Assembly: GCA_964482695.1 (NCBI GenBank)
Contig: CAYZYP010000005.1
Location: 1 to 59,173, forward strand
Origin: an uncultured Gammaproteobacteria bacterium
Lineage (GTDB): Bacteria; Patescibacteriota; Patescibacteriia; Magasanikbacterales; GWA2-37-8
Length of the DNA stretch: 59,173 nucleotides
Direction: 5' to 3'
Position numbers and translations under genes: made by a program. Of the stretch, positions 17,949 to 27,997 are shown piece after piece. Under the pieces are notes generated by a model. That model ran no database searches. It worked only from the letters and a program-made list of their open reading frames with translations, and was not told the DNA's origin. Position 1 is the first letter of the stretch. Every line of letters begins with the position of its first letter.

Positions 17949-18548
17949 ATGAATAACCTAACGCAAAGACAAAAAGAAATTTTGGAGTTTGTTACCGAGT
18001 ATATCAAGGAAAATGAGAGGTCCCCCTCGTTTAATGAGATAAAGGATAAATTTGGTCTTTCGGCTCTGTCTACAGTCCACGAACATATCACTGAATTGGT
18101 GGAAAAAGGGTTTTTACGCCGTGATGAGCGAAAAGAACGAGGGTTGTATCTACCAGCCAAACGCCAACAATATATTGAGGTGCCTTTGGTTGGGGCGATT
18201 GCTTGTGGTAAACCGATTGAAGCCATAGAAATGCCGGACGAATTTATTAGAGTTGTGCGTGAAGATTCTTTACGAGGCAATATCTATGCTTTGAAAGCCA
18301 AAGGCGATTCAATGATCCAAGAGGGCATATTTGACGGCGATTTTATCATAGTCAAAAAGCAAAGCGTGGCGGAAAATGGCGATACCGTGGTGGCGATTAT
18401 AGATGATAATCAAACAACGCTTAAAAAATACTTTCGGGAAAAAGAAAAAATAAGATTGCAACCTGCTAATCCGAAATACGAACCAATTTACAGAAAAGAG
18501 GTTGAAATAAATGGCGTGGTGGTAAAAATAATTCGTAATTTAAAATAG
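17949..18548 (+). CDS. lexA: LexA repressor
   Basis: LT.RQKEILEF wHTH, IACG cleavage region, GDSM catalytic Ser, TLKK. Confidence 0.9.
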   Translation: MNNLTQRQKEILEFVTEYIKENERSPSFNEIKDKFGLSALSTVHEHITELVEKGFLRRDERKERGLYLPAKRQQYIEVPLVGAIACGKPIEAIEMPDEFIRVVREDSLRGNIYALKAKGDSMIQEGIFDGDFIIVKKQSVAENGDTVVAIIDDNQTTLKKYFREKEKIRLQPANPKYEPIYRKEVEINGVVVKIIRNLK

Positions 18549-18714
18549 TCATTATTTGTAGAAATGCCAGCAAGAAAAATACTCGGGGGCTGTGGATTTA
18601 ATCTGGTTTAGTTCACCTTAATCGCTTTCCTTTGAAAATCTCTCGCAGGTTTTCAGAGTCGGAAGCGGATTAAAGTCGGACGCAACCATTTTATTAACCA
18701 TAACTTTCAAGTAT

Positions 18715-18885
18715 ATGATTGCCAAAATTAGCACTCGTACGGGACAAACGACAAAAGTGTCGGGTCAATATAGACCGTCAGGCGCTAAGTCGGAGATAAC
18801 CCTTTCAAGGGGTGATCGCGTTCCGCCTTACAGCGGAAAGGCTAAATCTTTTACTTTAGTCGATAAGACTAAACATAAGAGATAA
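18715..18885 (+). CDS. YjzC-like small protein, 56 aa (not in ORF track)
   Basis: MIAKISTRTGQTTKVSGQYRPSGAKSEITLSRGDRVPPYSGKAKSFTLVDKTKHKR. Confidence 0.65.
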   Translation: MIAKISTRTGQTTKVSGQYRPSGAKSEITLSRGDRVPPYSGKAKSFTLVDKTKHKR

Positions 18886-18954
18886 TAAACCTTTACGCTA
18901 TCTTGCTGGCATTTATGCAAACAAACTTTGCAATACCCCTCACAAACCAACCAC

Positions 18955-19767
18955 ATGAAAAATTTTGTTCACAAAATAAAAGACAAAATGCTCGAATTTA
19001 CGAAGCTATTTTGTATTGAAACAAATATTTTTCAGCGGTTTGTTATTGTTTACAAATATTTCAAATTTCTAAACACCGAGCCGATAGTCAAAGATATTTT
19101 GCAAAAGATTTTTGACGATACGGCCAAGATTATTGGCGAACCAGAGGAAAATATGGACGAGGACAAGTTTTTGAAAGTAAAAGGCGATGCTCTTTTTTCC
19201 CGTGAGTTTTGGGTGTATTACACCAATTTGGAAGTAATATATGGGAAAATGAAAAAACTTCAAAAGTGCCATTTGTCGGATAAAAACGAGTTTGAACAGT
19301 TGTCTAAATTGTTTTCAAAACCCTACTCCAAAAAAATGCTCGAATTGTCTTTAGAAGTAATAAACAGCGAAGTTTTTAACCGGCTTGATCAGAAAGTTTT
19401 TTGCGAAGACGACGAGCATGACGGCGAAACCTACTTTGACGAAAAAAGAAGCGTTTTATATGTTAAAGGCGAGCCAATAAAAATAAACAAACAAAGCAGA
19501 ATTACCAACGCCCACAAAATTTTAAAATATATTTTTATAACTAATAAAGATAATTTGGATGATGATTTTTTTTATTCGGAAATAGCCGAAAATGAATTTC
19601 ACGAATTGGAATATGGCAAAAGCCGAAGGACATCTGAAACCTACCGATTAGCTTGCCGTGAAATACAAGAAAAGGTAAGAAAACAAACAAAAGACAAGAT
19701 TGAAGATTTTTTGATTTTTAATACGGGCAAGGCTGGATTTGTTAAAATAAATAAAAAGTATTTATAA
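18955..19767 (+). CDS. Element protein with putative C-terminal winged-helix domain (homolog of 2296-3090)
   Basis: Shared C-terminal motifs with 2296-3090. Confidence 0.7.
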   Translation: MKNFVHKIKDKMLEFTKLFCIETNIFQRFVIVYKYFKFLNTEPIVKDILQKIFDDTAKIIGEPEENMDEDKFLKVKGDALFSREFWVYYTNLEVIYGKMKKLQKCHLSDKNEFEQLSKLFSKPYSKKMLELSLEVINSEVFNRLDQKVFCEDDEHDGETYFDEKRSVLYVKGEPIKINKQSRITNAHKILKYIFITNKDNLDDDFFYSEIAENEFHELEYGKSRRTSETYRLACREIQEKVRKQTKDKIEDFLIFNTGKAGFVKINKKYL

Positions 19768-19860
19768 AAATTTATTGATATCAATTGAAGCAATGACCGG
19801 GGCAAAGAAAGAAGAATAATATTCCTCAAACTTTGCCACCGGTTTTTTCCTCCTAAAATA

Positions 19861-19932
19861 TCACGGGGCTAGGAATCGAACCTAGGCCTCCGGGTTATGA
19901 GCCCGGCGAGCTAACCACTGCTCTACCCCGCG
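19861..19932 (-). tRNA. tRNA-Met (CAT), initiator-like body with paired C1-G72
   Basis: CGCGGGG TA GAGC..GCTC G CCGGG CTCATAA CCCGG AGGC CTAGG TTCGATT CCTAG CCCCGTG A; no CCA. Confidence 0.88.
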
Positions 19933-19935
19933 TAA

Positions 19936-20009
19936 TTGTAAGGGTGGGATTTGAACCCACATTCTCCCGGAGAAATGATTCCGGGCGCTTCGCCAATAGC
20001 GGCCTTACG
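19936..20009 (-). tRNA. Atypical tRNA-like gene with 8-nt anticodon loop containing CAT
   Basis: Acceptor CGTAAGG/CCTTACA, intact T arm GTGGG TTCAAAT CCCAC, stem CCCGGA/TCCGGG with loop ATCATTTC. Confidence 0.55.
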
Positions 20010-20025
20010 CTGTACTTATTCCCTA

Positions 20026-20352
20026 CTAGTACTCCGCGACCACCTCCTTCTCCAAGCGCAGCTCGGGCTCGCCGAGCCTGTTCCAGAGCACCCAGGTGCT
20101 GGGGCTCCGGTGGGCGATGATGATGTGATCGTTCTCACACTGTGCGAGCTCGTTCCGCTTGATCTTCTGGGGCTCGCCGATTTTGATGGAGGTGAAGGGG
20201 TTGCTTCCCCTGAAGTAAGAGACCTCCTTGACGGTCAGGTCGTCGCCGTCCTCCTTGATGACGACGACTGCCTTCATCTCCTGCACTTTTTTGTCAAACA
20301 CGCGACCCATCAAACCGATAAAGGCGAAGTTGCCAGGCTGCGGCTCAAACAT
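20026..20352 (-). CDS. GC-rich ORFan, 108 aa
   Basis: AAGGAGA SD before ATG; many G/C-ending codons; no family recognised. Confidence 0.7.
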   Translation of the reverse strand: MFEPQPGNFAFIGLMGRVFDKKVQEMKAVVVIKEDGDDLTVKEVSYFRGSNPFTSIKIGEPQKIKRNELAQCENDHIIIAHRSPSTWVLWNRLGEPELRLEKEVVAEY

Positions 20353-20382
20353 GACTCACTCTCCTTTTGCCCATCTTGGGCG

Positions 20383-20417
20383 AAATTAAAGAACCCCCGT
20401 CTTCCGACGAGGGTTCT
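20383..20417 (-). terminator. Attenuator terminator 2
   Basis: AGAACCCTCGTC-GGAA-GACGGGGGTTCT-TTAATTT. Confidence 0.75.
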
Positions 20418-20447
20418 ATTTAGATTTATGAACTGAATGATTCAAAT

Positions 20448-20513
20448 CTAAGCAAAACCTTCATCAGAAGACTTCGACATAGACATCATCATATTTTTAA
20501 GTTGAAAATTCAT
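20448..20513 (-). CDS. Met-rich leader peptide 2 (MNFQLKNMMMSMSKSSDEGFA)
   Basis: 4 Met in 5 codons; 3' part GTCTTCTGATGAAGGTTT is complementary to terminator 2's 5' arm and loop. Confidence 0.75.
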   Translation of the reverse strand: MNFQLKNMMMSMSKSSDEGFA

Positions 20514-20530
20514 AATATAGTTTTAATTTA

Positions 20531-20560
20531 ATAAAAAATCCCTCGCTTTTGGCGAAGGAT
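20531..20560 (-). terminator. Attenuator terminator 1
   Basis: ATCCTTCGC-CAAAA-GCGAGGGAT followed by a T-run. Confidence 0.8.
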
Positions 20561-20581
20561 CTATTTGCGTTTTTTATTTGC

Positions 20582-20662
20582 TTATGAAATATGAAAAAAC
20601 GCGCCTTCGCCGAAAGAAGTCATCATTGCCATCATTTTTTGTGCGTTTATATAGTTTTGCAT
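20582..20662 (-). CDS. Met-rich leader peptide 1 (MQNYINAQKMMAMMTSFGEGAFFHIS)
   Basis: 4 Met in 5 codons; CTTTCGGCGAAGG.GCGTTTTTT pairs with AAAAAACGC..CCTTCGCCAAAAG overlapping terminator 1. Confidence 0.75.
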   Translation of the reverse strand: MQNYINAQKMMAMMTSFGEGAFFHIS

Positions 20663-20671
20663 AACAAATTT

Positions 20672-20699
20672 ACTTTATCACATGTTCAAAAAATGTCAA
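20672..20699 (-). promoter_or_regulatory. Sigma70-type promoter of the Met cassette
   Basis: TTGACA-N16-TAAAGT with extended TG. Confidence 0.65.
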
Positions 20700-20889
20700 T
20701 GGCTCTCGTGTGGATAACCATATACTATTGGGACAAATTATACTTAAAAAACCTCTTAACAGAGGCTTTTCTTGTGTTTGGGTCAAAAATTTATGTAAAT
20801 TTTTACCAACCCAGTTTTTCTAAACTACCCTCACGCAAACAAGAAAGGTCGATTTGCGAAACTTAATTCATCAAGAAAGCAATAAAACT

Positions 20890-21153
20890 ATGTATAAGTT
20901 AACAGGTATCCTCAAAAAAGAGGAAGTAAGGGAATACACCCGAAAAACCGGTGAACAAGGAAAAAGCCGAACATTATTCATCGAGCCAGAGGGAACAATC
21001 TATCCGGTAAAGGTCAACGTCAGCGATATGGACTTCAAGGTCGGCAAAATTGGCGAAAAAATAACTTTGGATGTCGCCATTTTCCCTTATTACATCCAAA
21101 ACAAGCAAAGACAACGGGCTTTCATGGATATTTATATCCCTAACAAGAAATAA
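20890..21153 (+). CDS. Inovirus pV-like ssDNA-binding protein
   Basis: 87 aa, beta-rich with YTRKTGEQG hairpin, first gene of the virion operon. Confidence 0.6.
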   Translation: MYKLTGILKKEEVREYTRKTGEQGKSRTLFIEPEGTIYPVKVNVSDMDFKVGKIGEKITLDVAIFPYYIQNKQRQRAFMDIYIPNKK

Positions 21154-21156
21154 TTT

Positions 21157-21360
21157 ATGGACTTCATAACCGCCACAACCACTTTCACAGTCAGCCGTTT
21201 CGGCCTGCAATTTGTGCCGTCATCGGCAAAAACAGCATACGCTCTCACGGACAAAGCATTGGACTTGATAAATTTTTTCAGCCAATTGCTTACTGTTTCG
21301 TTTGGAATATTGTTTGGGTTGGTCGTGCTTATGATTGTCCTTTTAATTTTCAAATCCTAA
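21157..21360 (+). CDS. Small single-TM virion protein
   Basis: C-terminal TM; position between SSB and coat gene. Confidence 0.6.
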   Translation: MDFITATTTFTVSRFGLQFVPSSAKTAYALTDKALDLINFFSQLLTVSFGILFGLVVLMIVLLIFKS

Positions 21361-21361
21361 T

Positions 21362-21472
21362 ATGACTGGTCTAATTGTCAACATATTTTCCGGTTTGGGT
21401 TTGAGCCTTGTTTTCCCCTTGGTCTTATTCGTCGTCTTAAATTTATTCTTAGCGATAATGTCGAGCAAATAG
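21362..21472 (+). CDS. Small TM protein, pVII/pIX-like, 36 aa (not in ORF track)
   Basis: MTGLIVNIFSGLGLSLVFPLVLFVVLNLFLAIMSSK; 1-nt gaps to neighbours. Confidence 0.65.
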   Translation: MTGLIVNIFSGLGLSLVFPLVLFVVLNLFLAIMSSK

Positions 21473-21473
21473 T

Positions 21474-21626
21474 ATGTGTTCACTATATATCTTACTCAAC
21501 AATTCGTGCTACTTGGACAATTTCCTTTTGATAGGAAAAGTCTTTGCTAAAGCGATTACTTTGGGTTTGATTATGGGAACAGTGGTCGGCGTACTAGTAT
21601 TATTCGTTAGGAAAATTAACTCATAA
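21474..21626 (+). CDS. Small TM protein, pVII/pIX-like, 50 aa (not in ORF track)
   Basis: MCSLYILLNN...AITLGLIMGTVVGVLVLFVRKINS; tightly packed. Confidence 0.6.
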   Translation: MCSLYILLNNSCYLDNFLLIGKVFAKAITLGLIMGTVVGVLVLFVRKINS

Positions 21627-21630
21627 ATAT

Positions 21631-21900
21631 ATGACTAATAAGATTGCAGATCTTATCTTGGGTACTAAAGCCAAATTGTCCGTCTTGTCTCTCGCCATTG
21701 CTGGTGGAGTGTTGATGGCCAGTAACGCTTTCGCCGCAGTCGATCCCGATGTTGCTTCCACGACCCAAACCATGGTGTCCACGATGAAAGAGAATGTGAC
21801 TGGTGTTATCACCACTAACATTTCTCAAATCGTAATTGTTGGTGTCATCATCTTCTCATTGACTTTTGTGTGGCGTTTGGCTCGCAAATTCATGAAATAG
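21631..21900 (+). CDS. Inovirus major coat protein (pVIII-like)
   Basis: Signal peptide ending AFA, acidic N-terminus, TM helix, basic C-terminus WRLARKFMK. Confidence 0.8.
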   Translation: MTNKIADLILGTKAKLSVLSLAIAGGVLMASNAFAAVDPDVASTTQTMVSTMKENVTGVITTNISQIVIVGVIIFSLTFVWRLARKFMK

Positions 21901-21907
21901 GCAAACC

Positions 21908-21941
21908 GGCGGGGGCTGGCAGTAAATCGCCAAGCCCCCGC
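21908..21941 (+). terminator. GC-rich hairpin after coat gene
   Basis: GCGGGGGCTGGC/GCCAAGCCCCCGC, in the usual position after filamentous-phage gene VIII. Confidence 0.55.
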
Positions 21942-21987
21942 TAAGGGAATTAAAAAATAAATTTATCTATGTCCAAAATCATTATTT

Positions 21988-23559
21988 ATGTTCAGCAAAT
22001 TAAACACAATAAAAACAGTCCTTGTCTTTGTCCTCGCTGTTGTCGGTATACTGTTTTTTGCCGGCCACGCAAACGCTTACCAAAAACAAGGAATATTCGA
22101 CACCGGAGTATATTTCTCAAGCGGTAGCAATAGAGGAATGCTGTGGACGGATAAAACAGGATTATCTTCGGCCAAGGTGCAAAAAATTGTTTTGGCTTTA
22201 TCCAACGGCGACGCTGGCGTCAATTTCAAACTATTTTGCGCCAACGGTACATTGACTCATTTTACTTACTCGGAACCAACAATCGTCACCAGCTCCAATT
22301 TTTACACTTTTAATTTTACCAATAATTTTGCCGAGAATGATATTACTTACTGCATTGTAACTTGCCACAACGGAACCAAGTATTGTGAATATCCGGATTA
22401 TGTTTCACATTTACGTTATTTAGGGGCGAATTTCGACGCCAATACAAAAGTAATTCCATACGGTTCCGGCTATTCGCCGGTGGTGGATCTGTATTTTGAA
22501 GTTTACACGGTTGATGATGTGATTATTCCATTTCAAATAACCAGCCCGCAGAACAACGACCCGGCGGTGGCTGACACTTGGATAACCGTTACCGGCACTT
22601 GCCCGACAAACGGAACGAACCGAATCGGCTTGTCTAATGATTGTTTGGGGTTTGATAAAATTAATTACAATATTGACTGCGCCAGTAATACTTTTTCCGC
22701 CCCATTCTATTACAACGGCCTTGGCGACAAGCGAGTGATAGCCAGAGAAGCTAGTAGCACATCGGGCGACTGTGTTGATTATGACGACAAAATGGATTTC
22801 AAGACCCTGCGGACGATTGAGATTATCGAGGGCTACCCCGACGACTGGTATTTTAATTTTGATTATTATGACGATTACGACATCAAAATCAAAAGCCCGA
22901 ATTTTGACACGGCTCTGACTTTGTCGGCCGGATCCCAGTCCGCCAACTTCACCTTTCAATTTGTTTATCCCAGCTCATCTACTTTAAGCAACCTGCAATT
23001 TATTATTAAGCAGTACGACCCAAATGGCAATCTGCTTAACGGTAGTTATCATGTCAAAACTTTGTCCGCTATGTCTGACACGCAAAATTATGCTGTTACG
23101 CTTTCTGCCTCATCCACCACGCCTTTGCATTATGTCGTTCAACTGACAGAAAATGGCGAAATGAAACGGCAATATCCGTTTGCCATTTATGTCTCGGATA
23201 TTAGCTACACTTACAACAGCAACAGTGTTAATAATAAATACTTTTTTCCTCGGCTAGTGGCCTTGTTAAAGAAAAAAATAATTTTTAATTATTATTTTGC
23301 TTTCCACGACGGCTTCTATAATTTGTTCAACGCCAGCCCAGTAACCGCAATCGGAACTGCCCTTGATATTACTTTCAAAACGATGTCGGCAAACAAGCAA
23401 TACAACACGGACATTAAAATCTTTTCCGCCAGCGATCCCAATGTGGTTAGTTTTGCCAATGGACTGCGTCCGTACATCACGGCTTTTCTCTGGCTCATAT
23501 TCGCCCTGTATTTAGTGCTTCGAGTATCGTATTTATTCAGTGGCAATAATTCAGAATAA
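21988..23559 (+). CDS. pIII-like adsorption protein
   Basis: Signal peptide, Cys-containing beta-rich ectodomain, C-terminal TM; follows coat gene. Confidence 0.7.
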   Translation: MFSKLNTIKTVLVFVLAVVGILFFAGHANAYQKQGIFDTGVYFSSGSNRGMLWTDKTGLSSAKVQKIVLALSNGDAGVNFKLFCANGTLTHFTYSEPTIVTSSNFYTFNFTNNFAENDITYCIVTCHNGTKYCEYPDYVSHLRYLGANFDANTKVIPYGSGYSPVVDLYFEVYTVDDVIIPFQITSPQNNDPAVADTWITVTGTCPTNGTNRIGLSNDCLGFDKINYNIDCASNTFSAPFYYNGLGDKRVIAREASSTSGDCVDYDDKMDFKTLRTIEIIEGYPDDWYFNFDYYDDYDIKIKSPNFDTALTLSAGSQSANFTFQFVYPSSSTLSNLQFIIKQYDPNGNLLNGSYHVKTLSAMSDTQNYAVTLSASSTTPLHYVVQLTENGEMKRQYPFAIYVSDISYTYNSNSVNNKYFFPRLVALLKKKIIFNYYFAFHDGFYNLFNASPVTAIGTALDITFKTMSANKQYNTDIKIFSASDPNVVSFANGLRPYITAFLWLIFALYLVLRVSYLFSGNNSE

Positions 23560-23560
23560 T

Positions 23561-23809
23561 ATGTTTAATTTACTGGAAACAATCCTCGTCAAAGTGTTCT
23601 CGCTTTTGCCCGACGCCGATCCCAACAATTCTGTTATTGCGTCCGTCAACAGCGCCTTTGCCGTTATCACGCCGACCATAGCCAAGATAAATTTAATCTT
23701 TCCGGTTTACACTCTGTTTAAAATTCTCTTAATGGTTTTGTTTGTGGAAATGACAATTTTTCTTATCACCTTGGTCATTAAAATGGTGGCCTCATTCAAA
23801 CCCCTATGA
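23561..23809 (+). CDS. pVI-like minor coat protein
   Basis: Hydrophobic, N.IFPV motif, overlaps Zot start. Confidence 0.7.
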   Translation: MFNLLETILVKVFSLLPDADPNNSVIASVNSAFAVITPTIAKINLIFPVYTLFKILLMVLFVEMTIFLITLVIKMVASFKPL

Positions 23810-24522
23810 TTACCATTATCACCGGCAAACCCGGAGCCGGCAAAACATTGTTTATGACCGGCAAAGCTCTGGAAATGTTTTTGCAAGGGCAAGATGTTTA
23901 CGCCAATTGGAAGCTGGATTTTTCCGGCTATATCAAAAAGAAAAAATTAGATAAAAAAAAGACGAAATTAGGCAAAGTATATTTCTGGTCGGAAATTCCC
24001 GAACTGCTCCGCATTAAAGGCGGACAAATATTTATTGATGAAGCTCAAGGATATTTTGATTCACGAGAATGGCTGGAAATGCCTCCCTCAGCCAAACAAA
24101 AGTTTTCCGCGCACCGCCACGACATCAGACATGACGACGAGGGCAATATTATTCCTCTTGATGTTTGGGCAGGCGTTCAGCATATGAGCAATATTGATAA
24201 ACGAATTAGAGATTTAGGACAGCATTTTATAGAAGTGAGAAATGTTTTGCGTTTGTTTTTTATGACCTCATATTTTGAGCTTCATGATTTAAAAGACGAC
24301 ACCGTTAAACGCCAAGCGGTTAAAAGAAGTTTTTTTCTGTTCAGCAAGTTAAAGGCCAACTGCTACAACACGCACGAAGCTGTCAATTTTATTGAATATC
24401 CCGAATTTCCATATTACCGGCAATATGACAATGAATATTCCAACGACAACACCGGACTTATTCCCATATCCGATAATGTGCCCCCGTATCACAAACAGCC
24501 AAAAAGGGACCGGATTCGTTAG
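23806..24522 (+). CDS. Zot-like / pI morphogenesis ATPase
   Basis: ITGKPGAGKT Walker A at N-terminus, IFIDEAQ Walker B, HRH, Q...IDKRIR. Confidence 0.9.
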   Translation: MITIITGKPGAGKTLFMTGKALEMFLQGQDVYANWKLDFSGYIKKKKLDKKKTKLGKVYFWSEIPELLRIKGGQIFIDEAQGYFDSREWLEMPPSAKQKFSAHRHDIRHDDEGNIIPLDVWAGVQHMSNIDKRIRDLGQHFIEVRNVLRLFFMTSYFELHDLKDDTVKRQAVKRSFFLFSKLKANCYNTHEAVNFIEYPEFPYYRQYDNEYSNDNTGLIPISDNVPPYHKQPKRDRIR

Positions 24523-24542
24523 AATCCAGCCCCTTTATCCGG

Positions 24543-24830
24543 TTAGGCTAATTTCTCAACCTGCCGGATGTAGAAAAGGTTAATCTGCTTGGGATATTGG
24601 CAGATTATCTGTCCCTTGTCGTTTTTTTGTTCAACGACAATAAAGGATTTAAGAGCCTTTTCGCCTCTCTTAACCTTGAAGCCGTGGTCAAACCACTGCT
24701 TGAAAGTAAGGCAATTAGACTGCGGGTCGTAATTGCCGGCTTCGTCCTCTCCCCAACGGTCGAGGATTTGCCTGCGGACAATGTCAAAGGTTTTCTCTGA
24801 CCCTGTCCAGTTGGACTTAATTTTATCCAT
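24543..24830 (-). CDS. ArdC N-terminal-like ssDNA-binding protein
   Basis: LTFKQW...GFKVKRGEKA, LFYIRQVE. Confidence 0.7.
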   Translation of the reverse strand: MDKIKSNWTGSEKTFDIVRRQILDRWGEDEAGNYDPQSNCLTFKQWFDHGFKVKRGEKALKSFIVVEQKNDKGQIICQYPKQINLFYIRQVEKLA

Positions 24831-25039
24831 AGATAAAAATTAACGGCCTAAATTAAAAACCCGCTGGATTCGGCCGATGAACCGCAACAGGCAAAAAAAG
24901 AGAGCGACTGATAGCTTGCCATAGTCAAGGTGGAGATTTGAAAAATACTACCTTTACTTTGGAAAAGCTGGCGCTAAAATTCAAAGCCCTGATGCGGGAA
25001 TAACAGTCTTATAGTTTAAGCGATCAAATATCTGGAACG

Positions 25040-25142
25040 GCAAGCAAATTATTTTTTCGTCCGTCGTTGCTCGACGGCGAAAAAATAATGCTTGCGAGCA
25101 GAATTGAAGCGAAACGAAGCTTTATATCTAATCTTGATTATA
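25040..25142 (+). other. Putative double-strand origin of element 2
   Basis: Long hairpin 25040-25095 and TAATCTTGATTATA, similar to CTTGATA-type HUH nick sites. Confidence 0.5.
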
Positions 25143-25166
25143 TCCACACATCTAAAGAAAATTGTT

Positions 25167-25961
25167 ATGGCTTTTCCCTACAACATGAAAGTTGTGGTGT
25201 CGGGCAAACAGGTTGAAGTTTATAAATACACAAAGAGCGTCTGGCGGGACTTTGAAAGAACGCAAGCAAGCGTAGAAACCAAACTAATTAAAGAGCCAAA
25301 ACAATTGGACATATTTGAAAAAATTAAACAGCAAAAACAAAAACAAGAATTTTCGGTCAATCGGACACGAACAGAGATTCGCCGACTGATAAATTCAAAT
25401 CCGCAATTAAACAAATTTATGACTTTGACTTTTGCCGAGAACATCACGGATCTAAAACAAGCTAATTATGAATTTAATAAGTTTGTTTTGAGGTTATCTT
25501 ACAAATACCCTAATTTTGAATATCTGGCCGTGCCGGAATTTCAACAGCGTGGTGCAGTGCATTATCATGTCATTTGTAATTTGCCGTTTGTTCACTACAA
25601 TGAGATTTTTGAAACTTGGGGACAAGGCAAAATTGATATTAAGAAAGTCAAAGATGTTACTAATCTTGGTGCTTATGTCTGTAAGTATTTAGGCAAGGAT
25701 ATGTTTGATGAGCGAACTTTTGGAAAGAAAAAGTTTTTTCGTTCGCAAACATTATCCGAGGCAAAAGAATTTTTCGGTTACTTGGCTCAATTATTTGTTA
25801 AAAAGTTTCTCGCTTTTGCTACTCCGGTATTTGAAAAAGTTTTTAATTCCGAGTGGACGGGTGAAGTTACTTATCAAACATACACACTTGATAGTTTGCC
25901 GTTGATGAATGGCCTGTTTGAAAAATTATTTTTCAAAGGCCGATATGCAATTCAACGATGA
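25167..25961 (+). CDS. HUH rolling-circle replication initiator (Rep)
   Basis: FMTLTF, RGAVHYHV, YVCKYLGK; homolog of 3593-4474. Confidence 0.88.
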   Translation: MAFPYNMKVVVSGKQVEVYKYTKSVWRDFERTQASVETKLIKEPKQLDIFEKIKQQKQKQEFSVNRTRTEIRRLINSNPQLNKFMTLTFAENITDLKQANYEFNKFVLRLSYKYPNFEYLAVPEFQQRGAVHYHVICNLPFVHYNEIFETWGQGKIDIKKVKDVTNLGAYVCKYLGKDMFDERTFGKKKFFRSQTLSEAKEFFGYLAQLFVKKFLAFATPVFEKVFNSEWTGEVTYQTYTLDSLPLMNGLFEKLFFKGRYAIQR

Positions 25962-26145
25962 ACAATTAAAAAGTTTCATCGCTTTATACAAGCGAGAATT
26001 TGGCGAAGATATTGACCGAGCCGAGGCACAACGGCAAGCGTCGGCTCTTGTTTCGCTCGTAAAGATTACCTATAAACCGATGACGAGGAGTGAATATTTG
26101 AAAGTCATCGAACTTGCCAAATCTTTGGGGTATGGTAAAATATAA
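25945..26145 (+). CDS. Small helical protein, possible recombination directionality factor
   Basis: MQFNDEQLKSFIALYKREFGEDIDRAEA; between Rep and integrase. Confidence 0.6.
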   Translation: MQFNDEQLKSFIALYKREFGEDIDRAEAQRQASALVSLVKITYKPMTRSEYLKVIELAKSLGYGKI

Positions 26146-26147
26146 AC

Positions 26148-26274
26148 GCTTAACCAATACAACAAACACTCCGAGAGTTTTATTATTTTTGTCCCCAATA
26201 AGGGGCGGTTCATGTCCGACAAAAATTACTCTTTGGAGTAGTTGCGTTGGTTAAGCCATGACCGTCCCTTTTTG
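26148..26274 (+). ncRNA. Conserved pseudoknotted leader RNA upstream of integrase, copy 2
   Basis: Covaries with 4492-4616; TTGCCA..TG.TAAAAT promoter just upstream. Confidence 0.75.
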
Positions 26275-26285
26275 TTTATAATAAT

Positions 26286-27953
<1,668 letters not shown>

Positions 27954-27997
27954 ATTAAACACCACTAAACTACCATAAAATTAAATAAAATTCAACT

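Noticed and set aside
18562-18914. Retron msr-msd bounded by a1/a2 repeats
   Set aside because: No reverse transcriptase in the window
19951-20436. 161-aa + strand ORF
   Set aside because: Antisense shadow of the GC-rich gene 20026-20352; overlaps the tRNA-like gene and terminator
20591-20866. 91-aa + strand ORF with HHCHH
   Set aside because: The His run is the antisense of the Met run in leader 1
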